Shown here piece after piece: positions 52,823-60,828 of a DNA stretch of 64,000 nt; the first letter of the stretch is position 1; every line of letters begins with the position of its first letter. The notes below the pieces were generated by a model. That model was not told the DNA's origin and searched no databases. It saw only the letters and a program-made list of their open reading frames with translations. Origin of the DNA: Pseudomonas phage vB_Paer_PsCh; sequence record OM870969.1. One strand, given 5' to 3'. The position numbers and the translations under genes are program-made.

Positions 52823-53023
52823 ATGACTAGCCGCTGGAAAGAGGCCGTGTATCGTAAGTACTCGGTGCGTCGTCTGCGGCAGGAACTCGAAGAGTTCAAA
52901 GAAGCTAGACGCTTTGCACCAAACCAACGCATCCGTGCATGGTTTGATGCTCATATCGAATTTCTAGAACGCCACTTGGCTATTCGAGAGTCCGGCCAAG
53001 CCTACCCAGACGACCTTTGGTAA
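52823..53023 (+). CDS. hypothetical protein
   Basis: 66 aa from ATG 52823 (RBS AAGGAAAC). Confidence 0.4.
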   Translation: MTSRWKEAVYRKYSVRRLRQELEEFKEARRFAPNQRIRAWFDAHIEFLERHLAIRESGQAYPDDLW

Positions 53024-53087
53024 TTAGGTAATTAGGTGTGTTGTAGGTAGAGATTCAAATCATGGTTAGTGGCAAGGACGCCACACT

Positions 53088-53118
53088 TCAGCCCGCCCAC
53101 AAGGCGGGCTTCTTTTTG
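53088..53118 (+). terminator. rho-independent terminator
   Basis: AGCCCGCC-CACAA-GGCGGGCT hairpin followed by TCTTTTTG. Confidence 0.7.
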
Positions 53119-53132
53119 CCTGAAATTTGCGG

Positions 53133-53161
53133 TTGACAAGGTTGGCCGGAATATGTAAACT
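53133..53161 (+). promoter_or_regulatory. sigma70-like promoter
   Basis: TTGACA (53133-38), 17-nt spacer, TAAACT. Confidence 0.45.
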
Positions 53162-53190
53162 TACGGCATCCAACAGAGGAGGGAAGAAAA

Positions 53191-54177
53191 ATGCAATTCA
53201 ATATATCGAAGCAACTATGGGTAGCTAAAAGCGAGCGGAAGGGCGACTATAAAGGGACGCTTTTGGCATACATGTCTCAAGTGGACTTCAATAAAGATGG
53301 TAGCTTGGCTGCCAGCTTCAAGAAAAAGCAGCAGACTGGTATGAGCTGGGCAGGTAAGAATGCCGAGACTTGCTTCATAGACAACATCCCTGTCTCGGGG
53401 CATTTCATCGGGGACAGTGTTGAACGCTGGGTCACTGAGAACAAATATTTCCGTGTGACGGACCCTAGGGGCTTTGTTCTAGAGGTTCCTACCGGGAATA
53501 TCTCGACCTTGCTCTACAACTGCACAGTAATCAAGGGAGTTATTCAAGAGCCTTGCGTGTGGGTTCGGATGGGCTCTCAGCACGTTCTACTGCCGGAAGG
53601 CTCCTCTCTCTACAAAGAAGCTGTAAGCTTCGTGGAGCGAAAAGAGTCGGCCAAAACTGTTAAAGATATGGTTGCAGGGGATCGATGCACTCTTCTTAGC
53701 TACGGGACAGAGGAGAAACTAGAGGCTATCTACCTCGGACAGGTGAAGATCACTTGGCACCTCCTAGCTAAAAAGGGCCGGTACTCTAGCCGAGGGTGGG
53801 GTGGAGGTCGGTGGGGTTACCACCATCTAGAGAGGGAACTAGATAGAAAAGAATTCACTGAGAAAGATTCGAAGTGGGTTAGTGTGTTCGCTAAGCCGGT
53901 AGGAAAGCGGTGGAGTATCCATTTTATCCTGTCTCCAAAGGCAACCGACATTCAATCTGGAAATGTACCGGATGAACTTCAAAACCTCGACCTAGTGAAT
54001 GGTGTAAAATGGGAGTACAACGAGAAAGACGACCGCCCATCTTCCTATTACTCTGTACCGGATAGGGTAGTCAAGTGCATCAGTGTAGACGACCCTTCAT
54101 GGGACGATCTGCACAGCTACAAGGAGGTGAGGTGGACCCGGGAATGGACCGTGGTTGGTGCGGAGTGGAGAAAATAA
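53191..54177 (+). CDS. hypothetical protein (stand-alone transcription unit)
   Basis: 328 aa, RBS GGAGGGAAG. Flanked by its own promoter and terminators; Trp/Gly-rich segment RGWGGGRWGYHH. Confidence 0.55.
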   Translation: MQFNISKQLWVAKSERKGDYKGTLLAYMSQVDFNKDGSLAASFKKKQQTGMSWAGKNAETCFIDNIPVSGHFIGDSVERWVTENKYFRVTDPRGFVLEVPTGNISTLLYNCTVIKGVIQEPCVWVRMGSQHVLLPEGSSLYKEAVSFVERKESAKTVKDMVAGDRCTLLSYGTEEKLEAIYLGQVKITWHLLAKKGRYSSRGWGGGRWGYHHLERELDRKEFTEKDSKWVSVFAKPVGKRWSIHFILSPKATDIQSGNVPDELQNLDLVNGVKWEYNEKDDRPSSYYSVPDRVVKCISVDDPSWDDLHSYKEVRWTREWTVVGAEWRK

Positions 54178-54197
54178 AACCCCTATTATTTTTAGAA

Positions 54198-54225
54198 TTG
54201 CCCGGCTCTTGCCGGGCTTTTTATG
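54198..54225 (+). terminator. rho-independent terminator
   Basis: GCCCGGC-TCTT-GCCGGGC hairpin followed by TTTTTAT. A second small GCCCGGGGC palindrome follows. Confidence 0.7.
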
Positions 54226-54400
54226 CCCGGGGCTTATTTTCAAATTATTTTTAGATTTCTGGGAGTTTCGGCCAATATGGGCAATATGAAATTTCTCAGG
54301 AAAAGGCTCAGAATGCTCGTATAAGAGCCGTTCGAGTGTAGGTATGGTGAGCTACTACTTAGCCGTAGAAGGACAGTGTAACGCTTAATAGGAGGGTTAG

Positions 54401-54550
54401 AATGAAGATTGACAACGGTGGCGAATATGCGTATTGGCTGGCGGATATCAAAGAGTTTGTTTCTCAGATGGATGCCACAGAGATCGAGAAGAGGGCTTGT
54501 ATAGCATACTTAATTAGCTGGTATCAGCGAAGAGTACTGCACAGAATTAA
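54401..54550 (+). CDS. small hypothetical protein (49 aa)
   Basis: ATG 54401 with strong RBS TAGGAGGGT. Sits within the non-coding hub; under 60 aa, so not in the ORF track. Confidence 0.3.
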
Positions 54551-54578
54551 ACGGGAGGAATACGAGGCGATCTAAGCT

Positions 54579-54735
54579 AGGGACCGGATGGATTTTTAGG
54601 GACTGGATAGATTTTCACAGACTGCAAAATTGAGAACTGGGCAGATTTTTAGGAACTGGACAGTTTTTCACAGAAGGGGATTTTTCTACAGAGGAATTTC
54701 CCCTGAAATTTAGCCGGATTTCTCAGAAGGGCGGA
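54579..54735. repeat. iteron-like direct repeat cluster
   Basis: Two about 36-bp units, GGATGGATTTTTAGGGACTGGATAGATTTTCACAGA (54586-54621) and GGGCAGATTTTTAGGAACTGGACAGTTTTTCACAGA (54638-54674), plus further degenerate ATTTTTmrG copies. Confidence 0.6.
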
Positions 54736-54737
54736 TC

Positions 54738-54785
54738 GTTAGCAGGCTATCTAATTGGTTAGCAAGCTACCTTTAATCGTTAGCA
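54738..54785. repeat. three phased GTTAGCA direct repeats
   Basis: GTTAGCA at 54738, 54758 and 54779, a 20-21 bp periodicity. Confidence 0.5.
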
Positions 54786-54931
54786 CACTAACTAAAAATT
54801 CCTAGGACGGACCTCAGTTGGCACGAACGTTGCAAGCCCGCACCAGTTTCCCGGGCAGGCGTAGGCCTCGACTATCCGTCGTGAAGGCGATATGTAGTTG
54901 GGGACTCGCACCCCGCGTTTAAGATGCGCCC

Positions 54932-54959
54932 ATTCTACTATGACAGTTCACTTTGTCAA
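54932..54959 (-). promoter_or_regulatory. consensus sigma70-like promoter directed leftward into the repeat hub
   Basis: Minus strand: TTGACA (complement of 54954-59), 16-nt spacer, TAGAAT (complement of 54932-37). Confidence 0.45.
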
Positions 54960-55139
54960 CATTCTTTTTATGGCACAGGTTTTGCAATTGCAATTAGAGT
55001 GCCAACATAAATTTCAGGCTCCTCCGGTGTTTATCTCCGGTGCTCGGCTTCCAGCCTGCGTTGCCCGCATGCCTATGATTATACACAAGCCAGAAAAGAA
55101 GACAAGCAAAAATATAGAGAAAAATCTACATAAAGCCGG

Positions 55140-55169
55140 TTGACACGTTCTTTTTATATAGGCACAATG
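55140..55169 (+). promoter_or_regulatory. possible sigma70-like promoter
   Basis: TTGACA (55140-45) with a weak -10 (CACAAT at 18-nt spacing). Confidence 0.3.
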
Positions 55170-55203
55170 AGCCCACATTCAACGGAACGGCAGGTAAACA
55201 GCC

Positions 55204-55677
55204 ATGCTACATAGTGAAGCCCGGGAGATCGCACTACAGGAAATGGACAAGTGGAGCCTCCTTGAGCAAGGTTGGAAATTCTCGTTCAACCTGCGGTTGA
55301 AGAGGGCTCTAGGGCGGTGCAATTACGCTAAGAGGCTCATAGAACTCAGCTACGATTACGTAGCTAATAACGGGCTTCCCGCAGTACTGGACACCATCCG
55401 CCACGAAATAGCACATGCTAAGGCAGGTCCGCACCATGGGCATGATTCTGTATGGAAAGAGTGGTGCGGATTGATTGGCGCTAAACCTAATCAGTACGCC
55501 AGTACAAAGGACAAAGTAGTCGACTTTCCTTGGCGGCTGGCGATCCGGCACGAAGATGGCACATTAGAGCCGCTGAATCATTTCGGTTTCAGGCGGACCA
55601 ACATGGCGAGAAAACAGGTACGCGGGCGTCCTGAGACGCTGGGCCGTCTAGTTTGGGTGAAGAACGAAAATAATTGA
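55204..55677 (+). CDS. SprT-like zinc metalloprotease domain protein
   Basis: 157 aa. HExxH motif IRHEIAHA within a SprT-like arrangement (GRC..IELS..HEIAH..). Confidence 0.5.
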   Translation: MLHSEAREIALQEMDKWSLLEQGWKFSFNLRLKRALGRCNYAKRLIELSYDYVANNGLPAVLDTIRHEIAHAKAGPHHGHDSVWKEWCGLIGAKPNQYASTKDKVVDFPWRLAIRHEDGTLEPLNHFGFRRTNMARKQVRGRPETLGRLVWVKNENN

Positions 55678-55686
55678 GAAAAAGAT

Positions 55687-55714
55687 GTTGACAGCTTAGG
55701 CCATTCCTGTAGAA
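55687..55714 (+). promoter_or_regulatory. repeated early promoter element copy 1 (TTGACA-16-TAGAAT with GGCCATTC/GAATGGCC palindrome)
   Basis: TTGACAGCTTAGGCCATTCCTGTAGAATGGCCCTCAAGC. Confidence 0.6.
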
Positions 55715-55766
55715 TGGCCCTCAAGCAAAGGGAAACACCCTGAGCAGTCACAAAGGATACATAGAT

Positions 55767-56033
55767 ATGAAAGCGCTTTGTAATCATCGGGCACTCTATG
55801 CGGCTTACAACCGCAGCGAGATTGATCGAGTTGCATTAGACCTGAACCGTTATTTTCCTATCGAGAAAGATGACGAATGGGAAGACGGACCATACATGTA
55901 TCGTCGCCGCACCTATCTGGTGAAGCATTCGAAGGGCACAGCCCGGTGGCACAGTCTTTACTGTAATGGGACTGTCCAAGGCGTAGGCGTCGTCTTCGAC
56001 GTAAAGTCGGGCGAACCTTTCCGCACAGCATAA
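55767..56033 (+). CDS. hypothetical protein
   Basis: 88 aa, RBS AAAGGA. Confidence 0.45.
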   Translation: MKALCNHRALYAAYNRSEIDRVALDLNRYFPIEKDDEWEDGPYMYRRRTYLVKHSKGTARWHSLYCNGTVQGVGVVFDVKSGEPFRTA

Positions 56034-56047
56034 AGGAGATTCAGAAA

Positions 56048-56191
56048 ATGCAAGCTTGGGATGTGTATCAGAACGGCCAATTGATCGATACTGTTTTCTT
56101 CGATATCATGTGTGATGCCGAAGAGGTGCGGAAATCGCTGGTCAACCATGACGGGTATCCGTCTGATATCACTGTGGAGGAGGCCGAGTAA
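56048..56191 (+). CDS. small hypothetical protein
   Basis: 47 aa with strong RBS AAGGAGA. Under 60 aa, so not in the ORF track. Confidence 0.3.
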   Translation: MQAWDVYQNGQLIDTVFFDIMCDAEEVRKSLVNHDGYPSDITVEEAE

Positions 56192-56478
56192 TGGATAACC
56201 TGTCCGTTAAAATCGTTCTGTCGGAACTCAGCTACAAAGCCTTGATTCAAGCCTTCGCCTTGCTTGGCCGAACGCTCGACCTAGACGAGGGGTTGGACGA
56301 TATACTTAATCTTATTGCGGATGAGATCGCTTTCCGCGACGGCCTGCCGCCTTTCGCAGACGACTGCGATAAAACAGAATGGATGCTCCGTCGATGGGAA
56401 TCGCTCCCGGTGGTATCGTACAATATCGGGCAGGACGGACCGATTGTCGCTCGGTCTATCGAAGTAAAAACGGCATGA
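56191..56478 (+). CDS. hypothetical protein
   Basis: 95-aa acidic ORF with a TAATG overlap with the upstream gene. Confidence 0.45.
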   Translation: MDNLSVKIVLSELSYKALIQAFALLGRTLDLDEGLDDILNLIADEIAFRDGLPPFADDCDKTEWMLRRWESLPVVSYNIGQDGPIVARSIEVKTA

Positions 56479-56489
56479 GGGGAGAACTG

Positions 56490-56723
56490 ATGACCGTCAG
56501 AGTAGGAGATATCGTGGCTATCCGGGGCGACATTCGGAAAAAGCTCGACGGAACGTGCCAATACACGCCCGAACAATTGGTAGGTGGTAAGTTCCTCAAG
56601 CATGCCGGCACGGGAGAAATATGGACTGGCCGAGTGAGTAAGATACAAGGTGATATGGCCAAGGTGGGAGGGGCTTGGCGCGGGATCGAATTCTATGTGC
56701 TGGTTGACGAAATAAACGCTTGA
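56490..56723 (+). CDS. hypothetical protein
   Basis: 77 aa from ATG 56490 (RBS GAGGGGAGA). Confidence 0.4.
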   Translation: MTVRVGDIVAIRGDIRKKLDGTCQYTPEQLVGGKFLKHAGTGEIWTGRVSKIQGDMAKVGGAWRGIEFYVLVDEINA

Positions 56724-56747
56724 CAACCTGACCCACTAGCTGCAAAA
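56719..56747 (+). promoter_or_regulatory. sigma70-like promoter
   Basis: TTGACA (56719-24), 17-nt spacer, CAAAAT. Confidence 0.4.
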
Positions 56748-56793
56748 TAGCACTCACAGACAACGAAGACGCCGATAGGCGAGGAGAAAGCAG

Positions 56794-56921
56794 ATGCAAA
56801 TGTTTTTCAAAACCCGCACCCAAGCCCGTGCAATGGCCACCAACGGTCGCAAAGTGGTAGACAACGGGGCTCAAGCTGAAAAGCGCTGGGCTGTCAAGCT
56901 GAACAAAAAGGAGGCGAAATA
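56794..56921 (+). CDS. small basic protein
   Basis: 42 aa, RBS GAGGAGAAAG. Under 60 aa. Confidence 0.3.
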
Positions 56922-57230
56922 ATGGCTAAGTCTGTCAGTGTAGATCGCAAGCGTTCCATCCTCGACGAGGCGAAAGACGGTAGCTTTTTCAGTGTGGAAT
57001 TCGTCAAGGCAGACGGCACCGTTCGAAAGATGACGTGCAAGCGCCAGATTAAATCGGCGTATGCTAACGGACAGTATGCCACTCGCAAACCGACCAGCGC
57101 TGGCAAGCCGCACCTGTATACCGCTGCTGAGGTGCTGAACATGGAAGAGGGTAAATCCGCTTTCCGTACGATCAATCTCGAAACCCTTATCCGTGCGAAG
57201 GTGAACGGAATCGAGTATAAATTCGATTAA
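56922..57230 (+). CDS. hypothetical protein
   Basis: 102 aa with a TAATG overlap and RBS AAGGAGG. Confidence 0.45.
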   Translation: MAKSVSVDRKRSILDEAKDGSFFSVEFVKADGTVRKMTCKRQIKSAYANGQYATRKPTSAGKPHLYTAAEVLNMEEGKSAFRTINLETLIRAKVNGIEYKFD

Positions 57231-57234
57231 AAGC

Positions 57235-57262
57235 TTGACAGCCTAGGCCATTCCTGTAGAAT
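57235..57262 (+). promoter_or_regulatory. repeated early promoter element copy 2
   Basis: TTGACAGCCTAGGCCATTCCTGTAGAATGGCCCTCAAGC. Confidence 0.6.
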
Positions 57263-57299
57263 GGCCCTCAAGCGAGACAACAACCTAAGAGGCTATACA

Positions 57300-57512
57300 G
57301 TGAAACAAGGTACTGATTTGATCGCTAAAGCAAATTTCACCGCCCGACTCCCGGGAGCTAAGCGGGGGATTTCGGTCAAGCCGGGAGATAAATTCTGGGT
57401 AACTACTCCGTCCTACAGTAACACCGATTTCGTAGGCGTAGCGAGGAAAGGCAAAACAACCTCCTACCTTTTCACTGCTAAGGATGTACAAACTCTTTTC
57501 GAAGCAGTATAA
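57300..57512 (+). CDS. hypothetical protein (GTG start)
   Basis: 70 aa from GTG 57300 with RBS AAGAGG 7 nt upstream. The ORF-track ATG at 57261 lies inside the promoter -10/palindrome and is unlikely. Confidence 0.4.
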   Translation: MKQGTDLIAKANFTARLPGAKRGISVKPGDKFWVTTPSYSNTDFVGVARKGKTTSYLFTAKDVQTLFEAV

Positions 57513-57559
57513 CCTTCAGACCCACTCAACCAACGCTTGACAATACAGGAGATTTAAAA

Positions 57560-57706
57560 TGGCACGTTCTATCAAGGCTTCCGACTTCGATTCCGCTTAC
57601 CAGTTCGAGGCCGCCAAACGTTCCGAACGTAAAGAGTCCCGCAAATCGCGTGACAATCGCAAAGCGAGCCGAGGCCGAGCTTTCGACTTCAGTAGCGATA
57701 TGTAAG
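57560..57706 (+). CDS. small basic protein
   Basis: 48 aa, RBS CAGGAGA. Lys/Arg/Ser-rich; under 60 aa. Confidence 0.3.
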
Positions 57707-57941
57707 GTTTGTGCCCTGCCGGCAGGCTTAAATGCCGGCAATCCTAAGCCCATTCGTCGAGTGGTTTTAGGATTCTCAACCCCAGCGGAGATACCAAAAA
57801 TGGTTCGTCAATGCGTACCGTGTCCCGATGCTCGCCATGCTTTTTGCCTTGCATGGTTGTTCGCCATGCCGGAGTTCGCCGGTCTGCCTGCTCAAAAGGA
57901 CATAAAACTCTTTAAGACTTCGGGACAGTGGGCGGTATGTT

Positions 57942-58325
57942 ATGGCTAGACGGCAGCGGCTCCCGTCGTGGGTTCAAGACCAGACCGAGGATGAAACGCC
58001 GCTGAGGGATAGGATAGACCCCTACCTTAGCAAGCTTGGCGAAGTCGATAAGCTAGAGGGACAATTGCGACGGGTCAGGGATGCAACGGACCCGGACGAA
58101 TACAACGAAATGGCTAAGGTACTAAAAGCCCGACGCCGGAAGATAATGAAGCAACGTGCCCGGGCCTACGGTCTGCCAGAGGATGAGCCTACCAATGTCC
58201 AAGGGTACAGCGTACCGGAAGAGGTTCACCGTAGAGCCATCCTGTTAAGCAGTGTAAAACCTTGGATGTTCTGGACCATCCTGTCTTTCTCGATTTTTGT
58301 GTGGTTTGTTTTGAAAAACAGTTGA
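57942..58325 (+). CDS. membrane-anchored protein
   Basis: 127 aa. Basic N-terminal part and a C-terminal TM helix (WMFWTILSFSIFVWFVL). Confidence 0.45.
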   Translation: MARRQRLPSWVQDQTEDETPLRDRIDPYLSKLGEVDKLEGQLRRVRDATDPDEYNEMAKVLKARRRKIMKQRARAYGLPEDEPTNVQGYSVPEEVHRRAILLSSVKPWMFWTILSFSIFVWFVLKNS

Positions 58326-58349
58326 CAAGGTTCCCGCCTCCTGTAGAAT
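58322..58349 (+). promoter_or_regulatory. early promoter (degenerate copy of the repeated element)
   Basis: TTGACAAGGTTCCCGCCTCCTGTAGAATGG. Confidence 0.5.
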
Positions 58350-58400
58350 GGTCAGCAAGAAAGGCGGACAGGCCGCCTAGCTAGACAAAGGACAACCGTC

Positions 58401-59072
58401 ATGAACTTCACTCTCAATCTCGTTTCCAAAAACAGCAAAACTGGTCCCATGCCTGTCAGCACGTCTCATAACGGCACCTGCCCGGATGCCTGCCCTCTCA
58501 AGGCTAAAGGCTGCTATGCCGCTTATGGGCCTACTGCTATTCACTGGAAAAAGCTAAGCAAGGGTGAACGTGGCGTAGAGTGGAAAGAGTTCCTTAAGCA
58601 AGTGCGGTCTATCTCCCGTGGGGATTTGTGGCGTCATAATCAAGCTGGCGATCTCGTGGGTCAGGATGACGTTATCGATGGGATCGCCCTGATGGAACTG
58701 GTGAAAGCTAACAAAGGGCGTCGAGGCTTCACCTATACGCACTACCCGATGAACAATTTCATGAACCGCCAGCACGTATTGTCGGCCAATCGTAGCGGCT
58801 TCACTATCAACCTGTCGGGCAACAATGTAGCGCACGCCGATGAACTGGCCGACCTGAACATCGCCCCTGTAGTGACTATTCTCCCGATGGACGCGGAGAA
58901 TGTAAGCTTTACGCCGAAAGGACGTAAAGTGGTAGCTTGTCCGGCTGAGAAAAGCGACAAGGTGAATTGTAAGTCGTGCGGCTTGTGCCAAGTGGCCGAC
59001 CGGGAGTATATTATCGGCTTCCGTGCCCACGGCACAGCAAAGAAAACTGTCGATCTCATTGCTAAGGGTTAA
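58401..59072 (+). CDS. Cys-rich protein, possibly phage Gp37/Gp68 (DUF5131)-like
   Basis: 223 aa. N-terminal GTCPDACPLKAKGCYAAYGP and C-terminal CKSCGLC cysteine clusters. Confidence 0.4.
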   Translation: MNFTLNLVSKNSKTGPMPVSTSHNGTCPDACPLKAKGCYAAYGPTAIHWKKLSKGERGVEWKEFLKQVRSISRGDLWRHNQAGDLVGQDDVIDGIALMELVKANKGRRGFTYTHYPMNNFMNRQHVLSANRSGFTINLSGNNVAHADELADLNIAPVVTILPMDAENVSFTPKGRKVVACPAEKSDKVNCKSCGLCQVADREYIIGFRAHGTAKKTVDLIAKG

Positions 59073-59076
59073 CACA

Positions 59077-59415
59077 ATGGACGAATCTGTTTACGCACCA
59101 TTCAATCAGTGTAAGATGATGGGCCTAGAACGAACCGTGCGGAGCCTAGCGGCTCCAAACGGATGCAAGGTAGTCTTGTATCAGGATCACAAGAACAAGC
59201 ACAGAATTGTCGTATATGACGCTCTAGGGCAGGGTATGTCCGGGGTCATGGTGCAAGCAGATGGGGAGATTCATTACAAGGAAACTCGCAAGGCTAGCCA
59301 AGGGCAAAACCTGACAAGGCAACTACAAGCCCAACTGACCGCATGGGGAGTGAAGTGGTTTCCCTCTCAGTATCAGACAACGGCAGGTGCGGCTTGCTAC
59401 AAAGGAGACCGGTAA
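59077..59415 (+). CDS. hypothetical protein
   Basis: 112 aa from ATG 59077. Confidence 0.4.
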   Translation: MDESVYAPFNQCKMMGLERTVRSLAAPNGCKVVLYQDHKNKHRIVVYDALGQGMSGVMVQADGEIHYKETRKASQGQNLTRQLQAQLTAWGVKWFPSQYQTTAGAACYKGDR

Positions 59416-59783
59416 TGCGACAGCTTAATAAATCCCAGCTAAAGGCCTTGGGGCCTAAGATCGATCTAGCTCTAGAGTTAGCCGCGACTGGTCGAGGTGA
59501 ACTAATGAATGGCTACGGCTCTACCTGCTACATTTCAAACAAGGCTGGCCATAATATCCTTCGAGTGAGCTACCATAACTCCCGATTCGTTGTGTACGGT
59601 AACGAGAGCGTCCGGGTTACCGGGACCGCCTTGCAGGCTTGGATGGAGTGGAAAGGCATTAATCTGGCAGCCATCGCGTCTGTTAGTGAGTATGGGTATC
59701 ATCCTAACCTGAGCATCGGTCACAATGACGCTCTTAAGACTCTCAAGGCTATTGAGAGCTACCAACGGGAGCCCGTCCAGTGA
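59415..59783 (+). CDS. hypothetical protein
   Basis: 122 aa from ATG 59415 (RBS AAAGGAGA). Confidence 0.45.
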   Translation: MRQLNKSQLKALGPKIDLALELAATGRGELMNGYGSTCYISNKAGHNILRVSYHNSRFVVYGNESVRVTGTALQAWMEWKGINLAAIASVSEYGYHPNLSIGHNDALKTLKAIESYQREPVQ

Positions 59784-60052
59784 CGGCCTCCTACTCCGTA
59801 GACAAGCGGGGACAGCGCTGGGCTGTTATCCGAACGGAACTCAGCTTTCGAGGTGAAAGAGTCACCGTGATGGGGTTTTGTGTAGACCGGGCCCATGCTC
59901 TGAAAACGGTAGCCAAATTCAAAGCTTGGCAAGCGCAAGGCTGGCCCTACACTCTGAAAGACGACAGAAAAATAAAGCTTGACAGCTTAGGCCATTCCTG
60001 TAGAATGGCCCTCAAGCAAGACAAACCAGCCATCAGGAGGCTAGAAAAATGA
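59780..60052 (+). CDS. hypothetical protein (3' end carries an embedded promoter copy)
   Basis: 90-aa ORF with an ATGA overlap. Codons for LDSLGHSCRMALKQ coincide with promoter element copy 3. Confidence 0.4.
   Translation: MTASYSVDKRGQRWAVIRTELSFRGERVTVMGFCVDRAHALKTVAKFKAWQAQGWPYTLKDDRKIKLDSLGHSCRMALKQDKPAIRRLEK
59979..60006 (+). promoter_or_regulatory. repeated early promoter element copy 3
   Basis: TTGACAGCTTAGGCCATTCCTGTAGAATGGCCCTCAAGCAAGACAAACC. Confidence 0.55.
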
Positions 60053-60243
60053 AAGCTGTAGCTCAGTTCAAAAGTGAAGATTACGCAAGCGGTGATAGCC
60101 GCACTGCCACCGTTTACGAAGACGTTTATGGCTGCTACATCGTGAGCGTTTTCGGAACTAGCTTGAGCGAACCCATTGCCTTCCATTGGGGCCCGTTCGA
60201 GGATAAAGAATCCGCAATCGATGGCGCTAAGTCTGCTATCTAA
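60049..60243 (+). CDS. hypothetical protein
   Basis: 64 aa, RBS AGGAGG. Confidence 0.45.
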   Translation: MKAVAQFKSEDYASGDSRTATVYEDVYGCYIVSVFGTSLSEPIAFHWGPFEDKESAIDGAKSAI

Positions 60244-60260
60244 TCAAAAGGGACTACAGA

Positions 60261-60575
60261 ATGAAAATCTCCGCTATCCTGAAAAACAACCTGAAGTTTT
60301 ACAAGAACAATTCGTTCATGTGCGGTCTGGTGACCGACTACGGCGGTATTTCGTGCTGCGAGTCAATGAAAGCCAAGGAGTTTATTCAGGGTTTGTTAGG
60401 GCGCTATGCCACCTTGCACGCTAAGCTTATGAAAGAGGTGCCGGGTTACGAAAGAGCCGTATATGATGATGAGCTAGAGAGTGAATACTCCTTCTTTGTA
60501 TCGGATAGGGCCTATCAGATGCGTTGCTTGTGGTGGGAAACCGTCATTGCACAGCTAGAGGAACAAGGGAAATGA
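60261..60575 (+). CDS. hypothetical protein
   Basis: 104-aa ORF. Confidence 0.45.
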   Translation: MKISAILKNNLKFYKNNSFMCGLVTDYGGISCCESMKAKEFIQGLLGRYATLHAKLMKEVPGYERAVYDDELESEYSFFVSDRAYQMRCLWWETVIAQLEEQGK

Positions 60576-60796
60576 CTCAAGCTAACTGGAGCAAAGGCGT
60601 CCGGGTTGTCGGCGGAAAGCGGGACGGTGAGATTACCCTGTTCACAAGCGCTCACTTCAGCGAGGCGCTGGGAATGTCAGGCGGCGACCCTGAACTGGTG
60701 GAAGCTCTGCCCATGCCTGCGGCGCTTCGTTTGCTGGTCAAATGGAACAAACTATGCCGACAAATGAAGCTTGACTACCGCTACGAACTGCTGTAG
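60572..60796 (+). CDS. hypothetical protein
   Basis: 74 aa from ATG 60572 with an ATGA overlap. Confidence 0.4.
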   Translation: MTQANWSKGVRVVGGKRDGEITLFTSAHFSEALGMSGGDPELVEALPMPAALRLLVKWNKLCRQMKLDYRYELL

Positions 60797-60828
60797 GCTA
60801 CAGTCTCAATCAGAACAGGAATGAACCA

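Noticed and set aside
54730-54930. tRNA-like sequence search in the non-coding hub (for example GGGG-TGCGAGT-CCCC hairpin on the minus strand)
   Set aside because: No complete cloverleaf could be assembled: no acceptor-stem complement, and the T-loop is non-canonical. No tRNA called anywhere in the window.
54898-55143. 81-aa plus-strand ORF in the non-coding hub
   Set aside because: No RBS and odd composition. It overlaps the leftward consensus promoter and is more likely non-coding.
57261-57299. ATG start at 57261 for ORF 57261..57512 given by the ORF track
   Set aside because: The ATG is the ATGG inside the promoter palindrome (TAGAATGGCC). A downstream GTG at 57300 with a properly spaced AAGAGG RBS is preferred.
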